A stretch of DNA of 63,651 bases, counting the filler, from Welwitschia mirabilis (Eukaryota): NCBI GenBank assembly GCA_051453625.1. It is 4 parts of one record of this genome, joined end to end, with 100 filler letters (N's around TTAATTAATTAA, not from the genome) between each part and the next. Parts side by side here need not be neighbours in the genome. Positions count along the whole stretch, not along the records: positions 1 to 30,424 come from JBOZIK010000001.1; positions 30,525 to 44,655 come from JBOZIK010000001.1; 2 more parts are not named here. The stretch is one strand, 5' to 3'. Shown piece after piece: positions 26,880-38,778 of the stretch (position 1 is the first letter of the stretch; every line of letters begins with the position of its first letter). The notes under the pieces were generated by a model. It made no database searches. It saw nothing but the letters and a program-made list of their open reading frames with translations, and was not told where the DNA came from. The translations under genes and the position numbers were made by a program.

Positions 26880-29800
26880 TTCAAGACCCCTTAGATGAAC
26901 TGATTGCTTGTGAAATTTGAGGAGTATAATGTTGTTATTCCAAAGCGTATTAAATGTTATGCAGTCCTAAACTCTCTTCCAAAATCGTGGGCAACCATCA
27001 TGACAGCTCATACCATGTCCATGAGTACGACGACTCTTTTCTTTAACAATGTTTTAACTAACTTGCAGGACGCAGAAAACAGGTCAGAGGAGATACAGCC
27101 TGCAGAAAGTGCCTTTGTGGCTGAAAACATGGGCAGATATAGAAGAGGTGACCAAAGCAAAGGTCTTTCGCATGGCAGATCTTTAAAATGTTGATTTTGA
27201 GAAAGACTGTTATTCATTGAAAGCTAACCAAAAAGAAAATGTTGAAAAGGAGAAAGCAAAAGAAACATCTTCTCAAGTGAATCAAGCAAAATGAGTCAAC
27301 TTTCTGGTGTTGGAGCCTTATACTTTCTTGATAGGGAGACAAGGATGTGTGGTTGATAGATATAGGTGCTTCTTTTCATATTTATCCCGACTGTTCTGCT
27401 TTCTCATCACATCATGCTCTTTCATTCAGAGTTATGTATGCCACCAATGGAAAACTACTGAAGGTTGCTCAAATAGGTAGCACTCTCTTACAGTTATCAG
27501 GGATGCCAAATTTATAGTTAACAATGTCCGATGTGTTTTAGAGGTGATAAAGAAGCTAATTTTAGTTACATAGATGATCTACGTCTAATCTTTCAAGTGG
27601 TGGAGAACGATGGAAAATTACCAAATGAATTATGACAGTTTTGTTTGGTAAAAAGGACAATAGCTTCTAAACGTTAGAGGTTGATGCATGGAAGTAGTTG
27701 CTGCAATTTTAGATTAAAAGGATGCTAATGTTGTGCATAAATGTCTTGGACACATTGGACATTCCAATTTGAAGGTACTTCAGTCTCAGTCTCTTATTCC
27801 TACATTTTTTTCATTCTTCTACAAATTTCTATGAAGAAAGTTTAGCTAGGAAATCTAGAAAAATTAATTTTCAAAAAGACCTAGAACATAGAAAGAAAAA
27901 CTAATTAGAATTAGCTTATTTTGATATTTGTGGCCCTTTGATCCCTACTCTAATTGACTGCTCTTTGTACTTATTACTTTTATTGATGATTGTATTGAAA
28001 AGTCTAATTGTCTAGTTTAAAATCTCAAGAAAAAGTCTTTGGAGTGTTTAGGTCTTTTGCCGCCGAGATAGAAACTCAAATATGTTTGAAAAGTAACGTG
28101 TTTGTTTATCGATCATGGAGAGGAGTAGACCTCCAATGCTTTTGCAGAATTTTACAATGATAATGGAATTCGCCTCATTCATACTCCTCCTAGAACACCT
28201 CATGAAAATGGGTTAGCAAAAATGTGCAGTAGAACTTTGCTAGAACATGCTACGTCTATAGTAGTGGGAGTAGCTTTGCCTAAAATGTTTGGATAGAAGT
28301 AATAATGACTACAACTCACTTAATAAATAGATCTCCTCATTCCACTCTTAACAATGGTTATAGTAAAAAATCATCAACAAGGGCGGTTTAGTGCATTGTG
28401 TATTCTCATCTAAGACTTGTATCATTTTATGATGTCATGATGTTAAAGCTTCGTTATAGCCATCTTTACCACACATTGATTATGGGGTGGTAAAAATATC
28501 TCCTAAAAACACTAAAGGATCTTTCGTTGTGAAGCCTCCATGCACATTGAAAAGGAGAACAAGATTAAGCTACAACACAGATCTCAACAATGCATATTTG
28601 TTGCCATGAAGAGGATGCTCTTAGTTATAGCCTATGGTATCCTTAAATCAATTGGACTGTGAGATCATAGAATGCAAAATTTAGAGCAAATGTAATGTTT
28701 TATGGGTCTTAGGATGGAAATCAAGCTGATCTTGATTTTGGTTTCCGCCATCAGTCTTTTAGGCCTTATGATGAATCAGAATCAGAGGAAGCAATAGAAG
28801 AGATTCCTACAATAGAAAACACAAGTTCAAAATATGATGGGACTTCATTTCATAGAAAGCAAAAATAAGAGCAGCAACAGCCTGATAACACATCTCACTT
28901 GGTGAGATATTCAACCAGACTTTCCAATCGTCTAGATTGGTATTGTCATTCTTTGTATTATCGTCTTTACACTGATGGTAGCAAACCCAAGATGGTTAAA
29001 GAATCACTATCTTGTGTGGTTGCTGCAAAGTGGAAGGTAGCTATGGAGGATGAGTAGTAATCCTTGAAACAGGACAATACATAAGAATTGGTGGAGTTAC
29101 CAAAGGGGTGTAAAGCTTTGCACAGCATATGGAGACAAGCATCACAAGGATAGGTTTGTGGTGAAAGGTTTTGCCCAAATGCTAGTTATTGGTTTCACTG
29201 AGATTTTTCCTCTTATTGGAGAACATTCTTCTGCACATTTGGTTCTTTGCCTTGTTGCTTGCTTGTATGTAGAGTTGGAATAGTTGGGCATAAAGAACAC
29301 ATTTTTACATGGTTCTTTGGATGAAGAAATTTATATGCACCAGACTAAAGGGTATGTCAATCAAGAAAACCCTGATTGTGTTTCTCACTTAACAATGAGT
29401 CTTTATGCTTTAAAACAAGCCCCAAAACAATGATATAAGAGATTTGATCCCTTTATGAATAAGATGTCATATAAGTGAAGTCAATGAGATCATTGTGTTT
29501 ACTTCTCTGCCTTGGGAAAGTTTGTTCTCATATTATTCTATGTTGATGACACGTTAATTGGAAGAAATAATGATACTGAAATCAAGCATTTAAAGGTGGA
29601 AATGGGCAAGCAATTTGCAATGAAAGATTTGGCACATGCGAAGAAGATTCTCCAAATGAACATTCATAAGGATGGAAAGCAGAAAAAGTTGTTGAGCCAA
29701 AGTGACCACACTGACAAGGTGTTTCAAAGTTTTGGTATAGAAGATGCCAAACCTGTGGGTACTCCTTTACCTGTTCATTTCCAGCTATCAAAAATGATCA

Positions 29801-30349
29801 TCTCAGTTCAAATGAAGAAGTCGAAGAAGTGAAAGATATTGCATATACTTCAATGGTAGGTTCACTCATGCATGCCATGGTATGCGCGTGTCTTGCTAGT
29901 GCTTATGCAATTGGAGTATTAGTAGATACATCAGTAACATTGGTTGGAATCATTAGCTTGCTGTAAAATGCATTCTTAAATATTTAAAAGAAACATGCGT
30001 AGCTTGCTTATGTTTGGTGATGGGCATTCTTACATTGAAGGTTTTGTGGGTGCCATCTTTGCAACAAGTTTAGATACTAAATGTTCCATAGTTATGCTTT
30101 TACCTTTGGTGGAGGGAGCCCCTTAGCTAGTTGTCACACCTTCAGCCATTACTCAGCTTGTCTTCCACAGAAGCAGAATATATGGCTCTCACACAAGCAT
30201 GCAAAGAGATGATATGGTTGCGCAAATTTCTTCATTCTCTTGGTTTGAAGCAAGAAAGGTATCCTGTGTTTTGCAATAGCTAAACTGCCTTTATGCTTAG
30301 TGAAGAATTCAGCCTATCATAGAAGGATAAAATATGTTGATGTTAGTTT
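26880..30349 (+). mobile_element. Copia element B: gag, PR, integrase, RT, RNase H (pseudogenised)
   Basis: LNSLPKSW; WLIDIGASFH (about 27350); HKCLGH (about 27736); FDICGP (about 27920); TPHENG (about 28195); RFVVKGF (about 29152); LKQAPKQ; ILFYVDD (about 29532); LSSTEAEY (about 30158). Confidence 0.9.
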
Positions 30350-30619
30350 TGTTGATATGTGAAGCCAAATATATTATTTATATTGTAAATGTTATGTTTT
30401 AACATTGACCCCTATTTAAGGTTGNNNNNNNNNNNNNNNNNNNNNNNNNNNNNNNNNNNNNNNNNNNNTTAATTAATTAANNNNNNNNNNNNNNNNNNNN
30501 NNNNNNNNNNNNNNNNNNNNNNNNCATTTTGTTGTAGAGGACCTGTGTCCTATAAATAAGTGGGTATTGTAAATACTTTGATATATCAAATAAAAGGGGT
30601 TCCTCCCAATATTTCTTCA
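30350..30619 (+). mobile_element. Copia LTR interrupted by a linker gap
   Basis: Starts TGTTGATATGTGAAGCCAAAT, like the LTRs at 35114 and 44517. tataaata occurs after the gap. The 3' end is approximate. Confidence 0.55.
30425..30524. other. Artificial 100-bp scaffolding gap (44N-TTAATTAATTAA-44N); also at 44656-44755 and 61926-62025
   Basis: The same 12-mer, a stop in all six frames, is centred in N runs three times. Confidence 0.95.
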
Positions 30620-31778
30620 ATATGCAATCAGGGTAAAAAGCTCCCATACAACTGAAATGACTAGAAGGATGACCCTCCTGGGAAAGGATGTAACAAACAT
30701 TCAGCATTTTAAATATAAAATATTGCATTTTAAAATATAAAAGAAAAAATGGCCTTAGGCAAACCTAGGAAAAGGAACTCTAGGGGACTAAGAACGTTCA
30801 TATCTCGGTATCTCTCATATTTAATATTCAAATAAGGATTCACTAAAAGAAATGCATTCACCATTAGCAAAAACTCTGTAAACATGGACATGAGCAGATA
30901 TGTTTTCATAAATGCATGAGGTACCCTTATGGTAACCAAAATATAACAAACAAGGTTCTAGTAGCATGATTTAAATCACAAACATGCCGAAACCTCAATC
31001 CTCCACTACACTTGTAATCCTAAGTTTTCAGTACTATAGCTGAAACATCTAGGCTCTAGTAAACTGAAAGGACCTATCCTGTTTCAGATATCAAATTATC
31101 ACAATCAATATTCAGTATGGTTCTGAAACAACAGTATGCAAAACTTGTAATACATGAAAACCAACAGCTTTGATAGCAATTCCTTGATGAGCAAGTTGTC
31201 TTTATAAAGTGGAATTGTCCATGATTATGTTCAAATAAATATATCCAAGACACAATTAAGAATTTAAGGCAAGTTACGAAATTAATATTGGAAAATTAGT
31301 TGTTTTATTGAAACAAAAAGAAAATATCTCTACAGGTTGCACATCCCCAAGAGATTGAAATTTCAGAACATAAAATAATGCAACCTATGAGGTTAGCTAT
31401 TATGTTACATTTGTTGGATAAGAAAAGTTGGTCTAACTTCATTCAGCTCCCTCTATAGGCTCTTGATTCCCTGTAGGGTGTGTCATTACCTTATCAATAC
31501 TTACATTTAAACATGGCATATGCAACAAATTTTGTTGCTTTTTTGACATTTTAATAATAAATTATGTTCATTTCTTGTTTTTCTTTAATTTACAATTTTT
31601 TGTATGTTGTTAAATATATTAATAAGTTGTGATATAAATCAGGATGTAATTCTTGCTGATTAACCCATACATTACAAAAATGGCAATTATGTGTCATTGA
31701 TATATTTCTCTATTGGCAGGAATAAAACTTCTAGATATAAAATATTCATAACACCTAACGTCAATAGGCGATACCTAC

Positions 31779-32198
31779 CACCGTTGTGAACAAGTTTCTG
31801 CAGCTCGAAAGGATCTGCAAATATATCAGATTGTAGCCACTGCAAAACCACTACCTTGCAGAAACAATTGCTCCGTTTAGAAACAGTGTCGTTAAATTTA
31901 ATCTTGAGCTTTGACATCAACCAGCGATGAGCACCTTTGCCTTTTAGTGAACATTCAAGATCAATCATTTCAAACTCTAGTTGATTCATTTTGTCACAAC
32001 TGTTACTTAGTAAGGACCCTGGTTTGCCCATTTCAAGCATTTCTTCAGTCTCTTTATCATGCTCTTTTGATGATATATGACACTTAGATACAAGAACTCC
32101 TTTCAGTTGATCATAAGTAAGCAATAAACTAGATTGTTTGATCTGTAGAACATTACCATCTTCAAAGGTTACACACAAATCCTTTCTATCAAAGAAAA
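31779..32198 (-). CDS. PIGX: PIG-X/PBN1 family subunit, large internal exon
   Basis: Open frame encodes LKGKGAHRWL...CKVVVLQWLQSDIFADPFELQKLVHNG, matching plant PIG-X GEGSHR.L...C...IERLPSGVFADPFELQ.L. Donor G|gtaggt (phase 1) at 31779/31778. The only AG acceptor downstream of the in-frame TGA (32221-32223) is tgtcag|TT at 32198 (phase 1). Confidence 0.85.
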
Positions 32199-33499
32199 CT
32201 GACAGTATCAAATAACCAAATCAAAGGGGGCATGTTACTGAACAAATATCAATAAAGAAAATATTAAATTTTTTTCTAGAATTCATAGATTTTTAAAATA
32301 ACAAGTAGAAGAACTTGGAACAGAAAACTGAACTAAAATGAGCTTGTGTATTAAGTGCAATCAAATATAGCGAAGACAATGATGCCAACTGAAAGATGAG
32401 AACATTATCAGTTATATATAGAGATTATCAGAGACAATGGTGGAAAAACCATGAATAGCATAAACCAACATTCACAATTTAGGATTATGATAAATAAGTA
32501 CTAAATGCATGTAATTGATTCAAATGGTTAGTCAAAAGGCAAAAATTCAGCAAAAAGAAATAATGTCCATCAGTCTGCTTGACATTCTGCATATTACAGT
32601 GCTGACATTTCTCCTTGCCATGTTCTATGCTAAACAATTCAAACAACTTTTTGTGGCGCCCAATGAGATGTTTTGCACACTTATGGTTTTTGCAGCCAAT
32701 GACAATATATGCTGTGGCTCTTATGATTCTTTCCTCTATGAAGGACTCTGAATTTCAATAGGGACAAAAGCCCAGTGATAACCATCGGAATGGACATGTT
32801 ATGAGAAATAAATTAATGTACATAAGTTATACTTTTGAAGGAGATATATTGCTTTAATGAAAACTAAAATCTATATAAGATTTCTCCAATTTCAGGCATT
32901 TGGCTCACTAACAAAATGGAAGGCTTTGTTGCAGTACAACATCGAAGAGAAACAGAACACAGAGAAGGGGGTGCCAGGGATTTGATCCTTCTTTATTAAA
33001 TATATTGTGTCTCAGTTTTCATGCCAGTATACCTGATATTTATTTACTTCTAATCTGTTAGAAATCACGGTTTGATGTTCAACATCATCATGCAGAGATA
33101 TGTATATTGGCCACAAAAGAGTTCTGTTTTCCATAGTCCGTTATGTTATAATTCCTTACGTTGAGATTACTTTATTCTAGTGATCTAGATAAGGAATCTA
33201 GTCTTTCTCTCATCTAAATCTGACATCATTAGAGCACTTTGTTGGTGGCTTTGCTCCTACTACCAGTGTATCCTAACTGGTGCCATTTCTATCATGTTAC
33301 TTATGAAATCCTTTTTACCCCTTTGAAGAAGTTAAAAATCGCACTCTATGGTGGCCAGTGCACCACTAGCAATAAGAGTGTTAGCTTTCCAAAAGAGGAG
33401 TTATATTAGATAATATAATTCATTTTCCAATTTTCAGACTTTCTTTCCATTAATTAAAAATTAAATTGCAATTAGATCAAATAGAAGATCCTTCTCCTC

Positions 33500-34380
33500 T
33501 GAACGTCTTAAATGAAGCTTTTTATGAACCTGTCATGGCACATGCCAAAAAGCAATATCCACCACTCATCCACCTATATGCCAATACTATCCTTTAGCTA
33601 GGTGTCAACACCATTTAGAAGAACCATGTGCTGCTTTGTTCTTGGAAAAATGAAATCCCAAACTTTTCTTGTCAAGAAATTAGTATCTAAAGGATTCTTC
33701 TTCATTTTTGCAAATCCACTAGTGATTTGTAACCACCTTTCCAAAAATTTTCTAGAAAAGATAATTTATCTGATCATGCTGAAGTAGAAAAAAGAGATGT
33801 CGCTTTGGATTATTCCACTTTTTTCCCATCTAAATGCTTCCCTTGTTAGAAGATAACTTTGAAGAGTATTATAAACTTTGAAGATTTGAAATTATTTACC
33901 TTGCCATTTCCAATTTGTATGAATATATGGATGCATAAATTCTTTAACCAATCTCTTAATTTTCACAAAAAATTCCAAATTGCAAAGCCTCAAACAACAT
34001 GTGGGCCTTCAAAGAAATTTTCAAAAAGATGTAAATATTTAGCCCTTAACACTCGAATGCATTGTCCATTCTTTGCATGTACCTGCCAAACTATTTTAGC
34101 TAATAGGGAAAGATTTAAGTCATGACGTCTTTTTTGAATCTTTATACCACATGGCTTTATCTCATATTATTAATGTTTAACCTTAAGCACATGCCATATT
34201 GTGTCAATCAGCATTTTTTGGTATTTATCCATCAAAAGTGCACCCTCTTAAGCTTATGTCTTTGCTTTATTTGACAAATTTTTACTGTGCCTTATGATGC
34301 TGCAGATTGGGTTATGACCTTATCATAATCTTCACCTAACACATCACATCTATGATGGAACTCCCTGGATCCACTTCTTG
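33500..34380 (-). mobile_element. L1-clade LINE 3' remnant
   Basis: Minus strand DLNLSLLAKIVWQV....CIRVLRAKY (about 34035-34121) and IGNGK (about 33897-33915), typical of the plant L1 post-RT region. Confidence 0.65.
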
Positions 34381-35113
34381 TCCTCATTCAAATTTTTAAT
34401 AACTTTTAATAGATTATAATTTAATCTTAAGATACGGTAATATAAAGACTATATAATAAAAAATGATACTAAAAGCTGTCCTCTGGATAACCCAAGGACG
34501 ATTTTAGAAATTTTGCTCTGTTTAATTTTAAGACAGTTACATTGGTTTTGTTTTATTCTTTCCACAGTCCTGTTTTGTAAGTTTTAGAGGTATTCAAAAC
34601 ACATTGGTGTTTTTATTGCTTTGCAGTATATTTCATTGGTAAAATTACCCTACTATTCGTAACAAGAAACTAAATATATTTTCTGGGTGCACAAGTCCTC
34701 TTGCCACATTTCCCTATTACAAGAATAAGATAACCTTTAGAAGATTTTTCCTGAAAGGTTACACATTATCACTAAATGAATGAAAGCTAACTGGTTGTGT
34801 TTTGTTTAACTCTTTGAAGTTCTGATTTGGTAATTTCTCTGCAAAGAATGTACAAGACAAATACTCTAGTTCCTTAGAGACCTGGAACTTCTAGCATTGT
34901 TAATTTGCCATAATCAAATAGGCGACACTACCTAGTGGAGGCTTGACTTTCACGCCGAGCTGGAAATTCACAGGAACACTTGTAGGAAGAACCACAGAGA
35001 GGATTCGTAGGAATATTCTTTGTTGATAATGGGAAGTTCAAATTTTGCAATTGTTTCTTTACGTCATTGAGTGTATTGTTTGTCCTAGCTGTTTCTGTTC
35101 TTTAGCACTGATT

Positions 35114-37019
35114 TGTTGGAAGTGAAGCCAAATCTCTTGATGTTATTTATTCCTTTGTAGTGTGACTTTCTTTTATATAGTCCTGTTTCTTGTTGTAATT
35201 TAATATTAAAAGGAAGAAGGAAAGTCTAATGGGATCATCTAAAAAGTTTTAGAAGTTAGGGTTAGGGCTTCTCCCCTAAAAGAAAACCTATATAAGGAGA
35301 GTAGAGGCATGGAATGCCATAAGGTGTGTAGGAGTCGAGAGTTATTAGATTGGCTCTTGAGGATGGCTTGTGTCCTTGCCCTTTTTTTCATTCTAGTAGA
35401 GAGCTCTGCATTGCTTCCATGGTTTTTCCCCACATTGGGGTTTTTCACGTAAATCTGGTGTGTTGGTGTTTGCATTTTCCTTTTGCTCTGCGCATTTTTC
35501 TAACAACCGGTATCAGAGCGAGGTTCAAAGTACTTTCTATTCGAATATCTGTTAGAAGCCCTTCGTGGAGTGAGCGAACAGCCTGTGGAATGGAGGAAGT
35601 GGAGCTAGCGAAACGAGTGGAGCGGCCGGAGTGGAACAGGCCGTGAGTGAACGACGCAAAGGGCATTTCTGTGAGCGTAGTGAGTAGGTTGCGAGCGAAG
35701 CAAGCCATTTGCGAGCATGCGAAGCGTGCAAGCCTAAATTTCTAAGGGCGGTCATCATTCTACAATTAAGTACCTATTCTTTTCGTCATCATTCTACACC
35801 TAAGTACCTATTCTTTTCATGTTGATAATGGAAAGGTTGCAGACAACAGATAAGCTCATGGGACGAAACTAGAATGTTTGGTCTATTCTGATGAGGGTTG
35901 TCTTGGCGCAGAAGGATTGTGTAGAAGCTCTCGAGTCAACGAAACCTACTTCCATGCAAGATGACGACTGAACAAGGATAAAGTCTAAGGCTCTGTCCTA
36001 CGTCCATCCATGTCTAAGTAGTAGCATTTTGCAGTCCATCAAATACGACATGGAGCCTCATGATCTCTAGCAGACTTTGAAAAACAAGTTTGATAAAGCT
36101 TCTAGTTTAAATACTTTTCATATTTATCAAAAGGTTTTCAAATCAAAGAAAGGACATGATGTCCATTTGCAAGATCACCTAGATGAGATGATGGGTAACC
36201 TAGTAAAGTTAGAGGCGTACAAAATTGTTATTCTGGATTTGGTGAAATCTTATGCTCTTTTGGATTCTCTACCAGATTCATGGTCTGCAGTAGTGACTTC
36301 AATCACTACTTTCATGAATATTACTTCTAGGACCTTTGAACAGGTTGTTTCTGCACTTAAAGATTTTGAGGGCAAGTTGAATGAAGCGTCGACATGTGAA
36401 GGTGCCTTTGTGGCTGAAAATAGAGGCAGGAACCAAAGACGTGACCAAAGCAAGGGCAGATATAAGAGTAGAGACGTGTCTTGTACTAGGAGTATAGAAT
36501 GCTGGTTTTGCAAGAAAAAGGACCACAAAAAAAAGGNNNNNNNNNNNNNNNNNNNNNNNNNNNNNNNNNNNNNNNNNNNNNNNNNNNNNNNNNNNNNNNN
36601 NNNNNNNNNNNNNNNNNNNNNNNNNNNNNNNNNNNNTTGAAATTAGAAGGGACTAATTTCTCAATGTTTTTTCAAAGCCGACTTTTTTGGCCGACTTTTT
36701 TGCCGACGGTCTCCGACTCAACGACTCGACTCTTTTTTTGAGATTGCCGACTTTTTGCTTTCGCCGACTATTTAATCATTGGTTTCTACCCTAAAAGAAA
36801 ATCTATATAAGGAGAGCAGAGGCATGGAATGCCATAAGGTGTCTGGGAGTCAAGAGTTATTAGATTGGCTAGTGAGGACGGCTTGTGTCCTTGCCCTTTT
36901 TTCATTCTAATAGAGAACTCTGCATTGCTTCCATAGTTTTTCCCCACATTGGGGTTTTCCACGTAAATTTGGTGTGTTGGTTATTGCATTTTGCTTTTGC
37001 TCTACTAATTTTTCTAACA
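35114..37019 (+). mobile_element. Copia element with both LTR ends and a 5-bp TSD; interior collapsed in a gap
   Basis: 5' LTR TGTTGG...TAACA 35114-35505. PBS cggtatcagagc at 35508. Gag from about 35828 (LLDSLPDSW, CWFCKKKDH). The 3' LTR portion 36782-37019 matches 35266-35505. TSD TGATT at 35109-35113 and 37020-37024. Confidence 0.93.
36638..36781. mobile_element. Right end of a hAT-type element nested in the Copia 3' LTR
   Basis: CCGAC-rich subterminal repeats ending ...gccgactatttaatcattg, closely similar to 46862-47008. Confidence 0.85.
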
Positions 37020-38778
37020 TGATTGTCTCATTTCTTGCCTTAATTGCAGGGTGTTCTTCCTTGGTTTTTTGGTTGGGCTGATGCCTTTGTATCTTAGGTG
37101 AAGTGATGTTTCATACTAGGATTTCAATGGTTGTTTCTCTTATATGTGATCATTTGCCATTCCTTTGAGCTTTTCCTCTTGACATGTTTATATCTTTGTT
37201 TGTTGTTGTCAAGTTTCTATTTAGCTAGTTTTACCCCCTTCCCCCCCTCCCTTCCCGTCTCCCTACCCCCAAAACCCCACACCCTTTTTTTGCATTGATA
37301 TCTCTCACGCATCATCAATTGTTCTGGATCATTTTATGTGATTTGCAATGTATTATGTTTTATCTTTTTGTTAATGCATGAGTTTCATCCACCTATGTTC
37401 AGTTTCAGATTTTGTTGATGAGTTTTATAGTTCTGTTCAAACTTCATTCACTTTTAGAACTTCAATTGTGATATTTTTGTGCTGTTGTTTTCCTAACTTA
37501 ATAAGCATTCAAAAAGATTTGCAGATGGAGCTTGGATATTTTGTCTAGGTTAGTGGGGTAAACAAGTATAAGTAATAGGATTTGTCATGACTAGTTGTAT
37601 AAGACGTTGAATGAGATATGAGCTAGTTAAAGGGGATCAGATGGCTAAGAGTTTTTGAGGTTTAGGCAAATGTAGTGGTTGATTAGACGCATTCTCATTC
37701 ATCATGTTCTGCATTTTAGATAAGACGGATAACCAAAGGGAATGGATTCAATTTTGAGTCCTCTTCGACACATTACCTTTGTTCCGATGAGGCCTTTGAT
37801 TAAAAAATGATCATATAATCAAAGTGTGTAGTGTGTTATACCTCAGTCTGGTTTTCCTCATTAGATATCATAGCAATTATAGACCTGTTACCAAACCCGT
37901 TCATTATTTGACTGATCCTTGTGGAGTTGCTCTGGTTAGAAGGATCATTATATTTTTGTAGTTCTTGGTTATTAGGTCAAATGAGGTTGTCTAGATCTCA
38001 CATAATGTTGCCTTGGTCAATCATCCTTTTGTATAAGGTTTTTAAGGGCTGAAATCACGTAGCATCTTGGCTACCCCATGTAAGTGCAGTTTCTGTTAGG
38101 GTCATAGCAAACAGGCAGTGCACAATTCTAGTCAAATTGTACAAGATGTAGTTCCAGTAGTTCAGTAAGCCTATAGTTCACTAATCTCTGCCGCAATTAT
38201 GCAAAGGAGCAGAGTAGCCTCTTTCTTCAAATTTGATTGCCGCAAGGATGTTCTCTGTTGTTATTTCACATTCATCATCTTCAACTGGGGCAGTGTGACA
38301 TGCATTCCTAGATTATTAACCTTCCTCTACTGCCTTAGTTGTATCTATTTTAGATTTTCGACAAATTGTCGTACCTATTGTGTTTGTCTTACTCCATTGA
38401 TCATTGGCTCTAGGGCATGATATTCTTCTAGCCAATGGGTCTCTAGATGGTTAGATGAATCACAACTTCATCTATGTGATTGACAGGTTGTGAAAGTTCC
38501 CCTTACCGAAATAGTATCAGTGTAGGCTATTTTAGATTGCACGAACAAATTAAGTCTCTCAACAAACTCAAGAACCAGTTTTTGGTCATCAAGGTGTGCA
38601 AGAAATGCTTGCGATGCTTTCAGCCAACAAATGATATAAAATCTGAAATTGATTCACCATGGCCTTGAGTCGGTTTAAGGAAAACAAGCCATGGATTTCT
38701 AGTTTGCAGTTCATAGAGAACATTTTCCAAAAATTGTTCATAGAGTTATTTTTCAATGAAGATTGAATATTGAGGTAG

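Noticed and set aside
30469..30480. TTAATTAATTAA palindrome, also at 44700-44711 and 61970-61981
   Set aside because: Always centred in 44+44 Ns; an assembly linker, not biology.
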